Shown: piece by piece, positions 55,410 through 64,000 of the stretch | How positions within the stretch are numbered: the first letter of the stretch is position 1 | How the letters are laid out: each line of letters begins with the position of its first letter | Source of the DNA: Eledone cirrhosa | Lineage: Eukaryota | DNA: 64,000 bases | Direction: 5' to 3' | Assembly (NCBI GenBank): GCA_964016885.1 | Contig: OZ024741.1 | Location: 116,808,001 to 116,872,000 of the forward strand | Program-made: the position numbers and the translations under genes | Notes under the pieces: generated by a model | The model's database searches: none | Seen by the model: only the letters and a program-made list of their open reading frames with translations | What the model was told of the DNA's origin: nothing

Positions 55410-55760
55410 ACGGGGTAACAAATAATAGTTATATCCAGTCCCCTTAGGTGTAGTCCAGTTATGGTATTCCGGGTAGTGGATGATATCAACGCTAGGCTTG
55501 GTTTGACTCAACAAGGCGTATTCATAGTGCCATTACTACTTCATATAGTAGCCTGTATATTCCTTTCATGCCTGTATATTCTCTTCATTCTCGCATGCTC
55601 CGAAGAACTGACTGGTTATAATTTTGTATTGGCGATCGAGTAACGTGAAAACAAGCGAATAGCGATCTCTAGACCTACCAGTTCAGAGAAACAATTGTCA
55701 GCAATGAGATTAAAAACCTTTTTTGTATTGCAAACCATGTCAATCTTCTTTCCTGATTTA
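55410..55760 (+). mobile_element. Internal-deletion derivative of the 38587-39847 element
   Basis: 55410-55517 matches 38587-38693, and 55527-55760 matches 39625-39845. Confidence 0.7.
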
Positions 55761-55782
55761 TATATATATATATTTATATATA

Positions 55783-55926
<144 letters not shown>

Positions 55927-56258
55927 ATATATATATGCTTGTGTGCGTGTGTCTATATATGTATGTTTACATGCATGAAATGAATACACTAAGCTTTAGA
56001 TTTAATAGAATGTACAACCACTGATTCCAGCTATTTGTGCTATCATATATTTTGGTTTCTAGTAATTCTCAGAGGAATTGGTTCACCAAATGCTTTGCTT
56101 AATTGTTTTATTTATTTTTTTAAAAATTTTATTCTCTCTCTTAGATTTCAGGTATTTTTTGAAAGCAAAGCATTGGTACCTAAAATACTACTGTGGGCCT
56201 TGCAATGCTACTGTGGGCTCTTGCAATGCTACCGTGAGCCCCCTGGCTAGTCCATCAC

Positions 56259-56548
<290 letters not shown>

Positions 56549-56899
56549 TAAAAATAACAGGTTCATTCATGTTGACATCTCTTGTGTGTGTGTGTGTATC
56601 TAAATCTGTATATATGATGGACTCTCCCATCGATTTCGACGTATAAGAATCCGAACAACGTATTCAGTTCATTCAGTTTGGATGTTTATGTCGGGCATGA
56701 CATTATAGACCTGCTAAGGATTTGTAAGCAAGTCCTCAGATTGTGCAATGGTGAGGTTTACAGGATAATGTTGCTGGTATGTTTGATAATGCTTTTCTCC
56801 TGCCTCTGTCAGTATATATATATATACATATACATACGTGAATTTGTATATATGGCGATTTACCGTGTTTCATATACAAAGCTATGTTAGAGTTAATGC

Positions 56900-56949
<50 letters not shown>

Positions 56950-56987
56950 ATATATATATATATCTATATGTGTGTGTGCGTGTGTGT

Positions 56988-57079
<92 letters not shown>

Positions 57080-57394
57080 CTCTGTGTGTGTATGTATATA
57101 TATTCATATATCACACTGCTGGAATCTAATCACTGGAAATAATGAGTTTCCAAAAGCAGCACCTGGGAGTTAAACTTATCATGGACTGGCGTCCCAACCA
57201 ATGGTGATGCGGTTCTGGTATTCACCATCGTCTAATGCCTAATGAGCTTACCAGCCTGAGGTAGTCATTAAATATTCTAATTGCTATATTTATGTACAAT
57301 GGTTATCATTGTGACTCAGGTTTTTATTTGTTTGTAAAGATTTATTCGTAGACGTGGGCATGACTAGATGGCTAAGAAGTTCACTTCACAGCAC

Positions 57395-57970
57395 CACATG
57401 TGAGACGACAATACATGTGATGATAATACATGTGAGACGACAATACATGTGAGACGACCGTATGTGTGAGTCGATTGTATATTTGAGAGCACATTACTTG
57501 TCAGTGGACACTACATGTCACACAATACTACAGGTGAGGCCATAATACATTTGAGACGATCGTACATGTGAGACATAACCACATGTGAGCACACATTACG
57601 TGTCAGAAGACACTACATGTATGACGACACTACAATATGTCACGGCGCTGGGTGTGAGGCACCACTACATGTGAAACACCACGACGTGAGACCATATTAC
57701 ATATGTGACGAGGCTACATCTGAGACATCACTGCATGTATGACAACCATGCACGGGAGACAACAATGCATGTGAAACGATGCTACACGTGGAACGAATCG
57801 ACATATGTGAGACAGTACTACATGCAGACATCACTGCGTGTAAGAAGACACTATATGTGAGACGACATTACATGTGAGATGATACTACATGTTAGACAAT
57901 ACATGTGAGACAACACTACTTGTGAGACGACAATAAATGTGAGTGTGGTAACATAACATGTGTGACAACA
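57395..57970. repeat. ~21 bp minisatellite (actacatgtgagacgac-like)
   Basis: About 25 diverged units visible. Confidence 0.85.
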
Positions 57971-58109
57971 AATCGCTATTTTTCTGAGCCGAGGTTTGAG
58001 AAACAGAAAAATAGAAATAAAAAAATATCATTTTTGTTTGTCGTTTTATCAGGAATACTGAGGGATTAAGATAAATTCGATTAAACTAACCCATCTATAC
58101 TCTCACACG

Positions 58110-58151
<42 letters not shown>

Positions 58152-58585
58152 CCTGCCAACCTCTAAAAATACAATAAACACACGTGTTTATTTTATTTAG
58201 AAATGAAGAAAATATAAAGGCTGCAAGCTTGCAGCACATCTTGTGCATATATTTTAGTGATGGTGATGTAGCACCCATCAACAGATGTGTAGTGCTCACT
58301 ATTATATGGTGTTTTACTATAAGTACCAAGCATTCCGCTATAAGCACCAAAAACATTCCAACTATAGGGCAGGCTACGGTAAGGCAGGCACAAATTTTGG
58401 TAATATTTTAGTTTCAGTAATGTATTTACAATAGTATAAATTTGCCTTAAATTCATGATTTTGTAACAGTGTTATTTCTACATACAGGGTGATACCTTGA
58501 CCCACAAATGTGAAATACTAGAGCCGACTTTTATGCAAGGTCTATAGAAAATTCTAGATTTTTTGGCCCAATATATATATATATA

Positions 58586-58982
58586 TCTATATATATAAAA
58601 GCAAGTCGGTCTGTGTTTGTGTACAAATACTAGGCTCCTTTTAACTTTTGAAGTACTAGGCCAATTTCAACCAAATTTGGCACACGTATTGCTTATATGC
58701 CAGAGCAGGTTTGGGACAAAAACAAATTTGAAAAAAAAATAGATATTGGGGCCGAAAAATCGATTTTGTGTGTGTATCTGTCTGTGTACAAATACTAGGC
58801 TCCTTTTAACTTTTGAAGTACTAGGCCGATTTGGCATGTGCTATTGAGGCGACCTCTCATTGGCTCGCCAATTAGCTGACATAAGCTGACATGCACTCAG
58901 AAATTGCTAGCTAAGCCATAAACGACCTTGAACAATTCGGGCTGTCATTCATTTCCCGAGCAACGCCGGGTACATCTGCTAG
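58586..58982 (+). mobile_element. Non-autonomous Helitron
   Basis: A|TCTATATATATAAAAG start and cccgagcaacgccggg hairpin + CTAG|T end. Contains an internal ~50 bp duplication. Confidence 0.82.
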
Positions 58983-59382
58983 TATATATATATAGATACC
59001 GTATATACTCAAGTAATAGTTGATCTCATATAAAAGTCGACCCCGCTATTTTGGGCGAATATATATACATATATATATATATGTATATATAAAGGTTTAC
59101 ATATATATATAAAGTCATAGATAAATATGTGTTTTGCAACGGGTCACTTAATTCTGTTTAGTTGACTGTATATCTGGTCGATTTATACATGCTGTAGAAA
59201 TACTCGATAAATACTCCATCGTAACCACCGCGAAGGGGCTGCTTTCGGTTATTTGTCGGAGATTTCTTAATAGGAACCTTTATTCTTATAGCTTGATCTA
59301 ATTGATTTGTATATGGTTAATTATGCTAATTGGGAGAGGAAACGGTATATATTTTATCTAGTGATTCTATAGACATGTTTTA

Positions 59383-59456
<74 letters not shown>

Positions 59457-59594
59457 TATATATATATATATAAGGTATATATATATTTGTAGAGATATAA
59501 AGTGAGAGAGAGAGAGAGATAGAAAGATATGTCACTCATTGATAATTTTAAGTGCAATATCCAACACACACACACACACACATATGTATATATA

Positions 59595-59693
<99 letters not shown>

Positions 59694-59771
59694 CAGCTCT
59701 CAAAATAGATTGAGCATTGTTTTACTTCTTCTTTTTTCACATCCATGGATATATTTTGCTACATACATGCA

Positions 59772-59806
<35 letters not shown>

Positions 59807-60649
59807 ATATATATATATATATAACAAAATAAGATGCTGAGATTACATAAATCGTTTAATCATTATAATTACTAACAGAAAAACCACCCGAAAGGTGGTT
59901 TTCTGCTAGCATGTGTAGTGTATATATTGATATTATACGCAAGTATATATACATGGAGATATGATACGTCAAATAAAATCGTAATTGACAATATACACAG
60001 AAATTGAAGAGAGACTGTGTTACACTGTCTTATGTAATCAGTAACGTAATCCATGACACATTAAAAAAAAAGACGATATTATATATAAACTGCATTACGA
60101 GAAAATTAGTGACATAAAATTAATGTTTTTTTAAGCGATCGCCACCGGAAGTGTTGACATTTGAACATTTTAAAGAAGTGAATCTTTAAATAAGTAATAG
60201 AATATATTTAATGAACAGCCACGAAATTTAGTAGATAAATTATGTAATATTTATTCATTATTTATTCAAAGTAATCCAACTTATTTTACTAATGGGATAA
60301 AAAATTATAAACCGTACGCAGTCCCGCGCTTCTTACTTTATTATAATTTAGATTTCGACGGTTCTCCATTCTGGGCACACGAGCAGAAGGTCGTGTGCTT
60401 ATTCCTGCCGGCAGCATATTAAATGAATCGGATTTCATCTGAGGATGCCGTTCTCATAACAACAAATGCATGAAGGACTTCTCGATTGCATGGAGAACCG
60501 TAGAAATAATTATTATGATTAAACGATTTATGTAACCTCATCATCTTATTTTGTTATTTTTTAAATAAAAATCTCCATCGTAACTAAAAACTGCGATTGT
60601 CGAGAGCTTTCTCCTGCTTGCTACTGTTTTTACCAACAAATCTCTTTGG

Positions 60650-60688
<39 letters not shown>

Positions 60689-61776
60689 TATGTTCATACA
60701 CAGATCAAGAAAGCGCTAGCTTAGATTTCAAGGCTCCGTTATGGCCGTTATTCATGAAATTGCGGACGCTGGTGCAGAATGCGGAGAGGAGTGATCAAAA
60801 TCATGACCACGGATATACAAAGTGTTTTAAAAAAATTAGATATCATTTGAGATGTAAATATCCCAGAAACTACAAAGTCTAAGGTGATAAATCTGAGCAG
60901 CCTTAATGTTGAGCAACTTAAGATTTATTTTTCAAACTTTGTCAACATTACGACTTTAACACACTATGTACATTTTAATGTGACAACCTTGGGCACATAT
61001 GTATAGAATTGAAAGTGCCTGTTGGTAACCAGCTTGACCACAATCGATTATAGAAAATTATCACAGGGGTAGTGGAAGCAGTTTTCAATTGGGGTGGGGG
61101 AGGGGGGTGAACATTTGGTCAATTTAGTTGTAGTGATTAGTTTAGCTGTTATATATCAACCAAGAAAAACTTCGATATGCGATAAACATGACATGTACAT
61201 AAATTATAGCTCATATACAAATAGATGTGTGTTTTGGTAGTCTGGAGAGAAAATATAATTATTGGAGAGTGAGGCGGGGGGCATTGCTCCCCTAGTTCCA
61301 CAGCAGCTGCATGAATACATGAATAGTAAAGTTGAAGATAACGCTCTAATTTGATCATTTTCATTAAGGAATTTCACATTTCCTTATTAGTTCGTTATGT
61401 GTAGCTTGGAACGTCCTAAAGTCTTCCTAAAGTCATATGCTAATTAATTCTTCATACACACACGTATTTAGGACGGCTATTCATCCAAGCTAAAGAGAAT
61501 TAATAAAGAAGTACGAAAAATACTTCATAAATGTGAACTAACTTGAGCCTCATCGTGTTTTCAATATAACATACTTAAAAGAATATTTATTCCCTACTTT
61601 TACAAACACACACACATACACACATATATATATACACACACATATATATATTCACATATATATATATACATACACACACATATACATACATACAAACATA
61701 TATATATATATGTATATATATACACAATGTATATATATGTATATATACACACATATATATATATAAATGTTATCTA

Positions 61777-61811
<35 letters not shown>

Positions 61812-61819
61812 ATATATAT

Positions 61820-63029
61820 ATGCTCTTCCAATTCCTTTGGAAGAGGCGGGCTCCTTTGGTGAAAAGATCCATCTGCTGCCAACACCCTTCTAACGGAGAG
61901 CTGGGGATGCCGTGGTTGGCGATGTGCAAACACGCGCTCAGGCTGCGGCATCTCTACGTATTCCTCACCGGACAACCGGTGTGGGTCCCGTTCGTGAGGC
62001 GAGCCTTCCCACGGCTCGTCTCGCTGACCGAGCTGCAGTCCTGGGTCAAGCAAAGACCGAGGAAAATGGGCGACTGGCACATCGAATGTGCTCAGGCGCT
62101 CACAGCCCTCTGGCAGGCGGACCCGGCGATCAGTGGAGACTCCACTTCGTCATTCTATAGAGAGTTGATCCGCAGCAAGTGCGACGACGCGCTCGGTGAA
62201 ACTCTAGGCGTAGAGGAAGATGAACTGGCCAGTCTGTTCGGTAGGACCTTCCACCCGGGACCGATGGACAACTTACAAAAGTCCCTGGCCTGGCAGTGCT
62301 ACCGAGGAGCTCTACCAGTTCGAGACAAGCTCTACACACATGGGCGCCCGAGCAGGGACCCTGCAAAAAAGATCTGTCCGAGGTGCGTGCGTAGCGAAGA
62401 AACCGTCGCGCACGCATTCATACACTGCCCGGGCGTCACCGACCTGTGGGGCTATGTAGAACGACTATTGTCGCGGGTGGGACCAATCCGGTTGACGACC
62501 GAGTCCATTGTCATGATCAAACCGCCACCCTCCTTCAAAAACGAAGGAGAGGCGGTTTTCCTTTGTGTGATAGCTATGGGAAAGAGGTTGTATGGTGGAC
62601 AAGGTTGAAAGGGCTGAGGTCAGACACCTTTCTCTCCGGCCAACAACTGATTCTTTTTTTCAAATACCACTTTGGAAGAAGAATCAGGGTGGAGAGAGAG
62701 GTGCTGTACCCCAGCAAGTTTTATGAAAGGTGGGTGAAAGTGGCGAGAATGGCCCGAGTGAATGGGCCTTCTCTCTATATCAGCCCGTAGGTTGAGGAAA
62801 ATGAGGAGGATAGGAAATGAGTACAAACTCTTCGTACTCCTGGAGATGAGGGTTTCACATTTTTTCGGGCGTATGTGTTACCCATATAAACTGTTCCCCC
62901 CTATTGGGGAAAATCGACTAATTTTTTAAATTGCATTTGTGATAACATTTTACACGTTTTTATTGTATGTAAACTTCCCCCTTTGTATTTGTCCCCTTCT
63001 TTTGTGCCCCTGTGGCTAATAAAGAAACA

Positions 63030-63030
<1 letters not shown>
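61820..63030 (+). mobile_element. L1/Tx1-clade LINE 3' portion
   Basis: LFQFLWK...GELGMP...ALPVRDKLY...[16 protein letters not shown] (zf-RVT), one frameshift. 3' UTR ends AATAAAgaaac before (TC)n. Confidence 0.88.
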
Positions 63031-63121
<91 letters not shown>

Positions 63122-63417
63122 CACAGATATATATAACTGTATGTCTACCAACACATCTACACACACAGATATGATGTGTATATATAGGTATATATATATA
63201 TATATATGTATGTGTTCTGTGTGTGTATAAATATATGTATATATATGTATATATATATGTATGTGTTCTGTGTGTGTATAAATATATGTATATATATGTA
63301 TATATATGTATATATATATAGGTATATGTATATATATATATATGAATGTGTTCTGTGTGTGTATAAATATATGTATATATATGTATATATATATATAAAT
63401 ATGTGTATATATATATA

Positions 63418-63471
<54 letters not shown>

Positions 63472-63587
63472 TATGTATATATATATATACATACATATAT
63501 ATATATATACATATACCTATATATACACACCATACCTCTGTGTGTCTATGTGTTGGTACACATACATTTATATATATATATAAAACA

Positions 63588-63622
<35 letters not shown>

Positions 63623-63655
63623 CATTTATATATATATATATATATATATATCATT

Positions 63656-63689
<34 letters not shown>

Positions 63690-63691
63690 TC

Positions 63692-63747
<56 letters not shown>

Positions 63748-64000
63748 CATTTATATATATATTTATATATATATATATGTATGACATTTATATATATATA
63801 TATATGTATGACATATATATATATATATATACCTATCTTCAGAAGATCTCGTTAAGGGTGAAAGCAGCCATTCTCTGCTTAAACTTTAATCTGTTATTTT
63901 AATAAATATTTGGTCTATGGTTTTTATATATTTGATATATATTTATCCTTATCGAGCCCTCTGTATTTGATATATATGTGGATATATATATATATATATA

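Noticed and set aside
56678-56890. HDIIDLLRIC as the missing METTL24 IDILKIDIE exon
   Set aside because: It lacks DIEG.EW and the downstream motifs, and has no suitable acceptor.

Overview
AT-rich, microsatellite-saturated animal genomic DNA with one assembly gap (34757-34956). The repeat content suggests an octopus or other cephalopod (inference). Most long ORFs in the supplied track are translated (TA)n/(TG)n noise. One host gene is well supported: four phase-compatible GT-AG exons (+; 9256-9320, 11460-11588, 13494-13568, 27382-27517) of a METTL24-like (Methyltransf_22) methyltransferase, whose first and last coding exons I could not locate. The rest is mostly mobile DNA: a near-intact RTE LINE with a PHD finger plus inverted and partial copies, two tandem Dong/R4 elements in (TAA)n, several Penelope-like (PLE) fragments, Helitrons, an L1/Tx1 3' end and many SINEs. 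The main signal not visible in the ORF track is about 20 minimal type I hammerhead ribozyme (HHR) motifs from roughly ten sequence families, read by eye on both strands. Most have palindromic stem III and several carry the compensatory U3:A8 core. They lie in short non-coding elements inserted in (TA)n, several arranged as 1.2-1.5-mer tandems of 312-420 nt monomers or as inverted pairs, which looks like a community of retrozyme-like/PLE-derived elements. All folding was done by eye and self-cleavage is not demonstrated.
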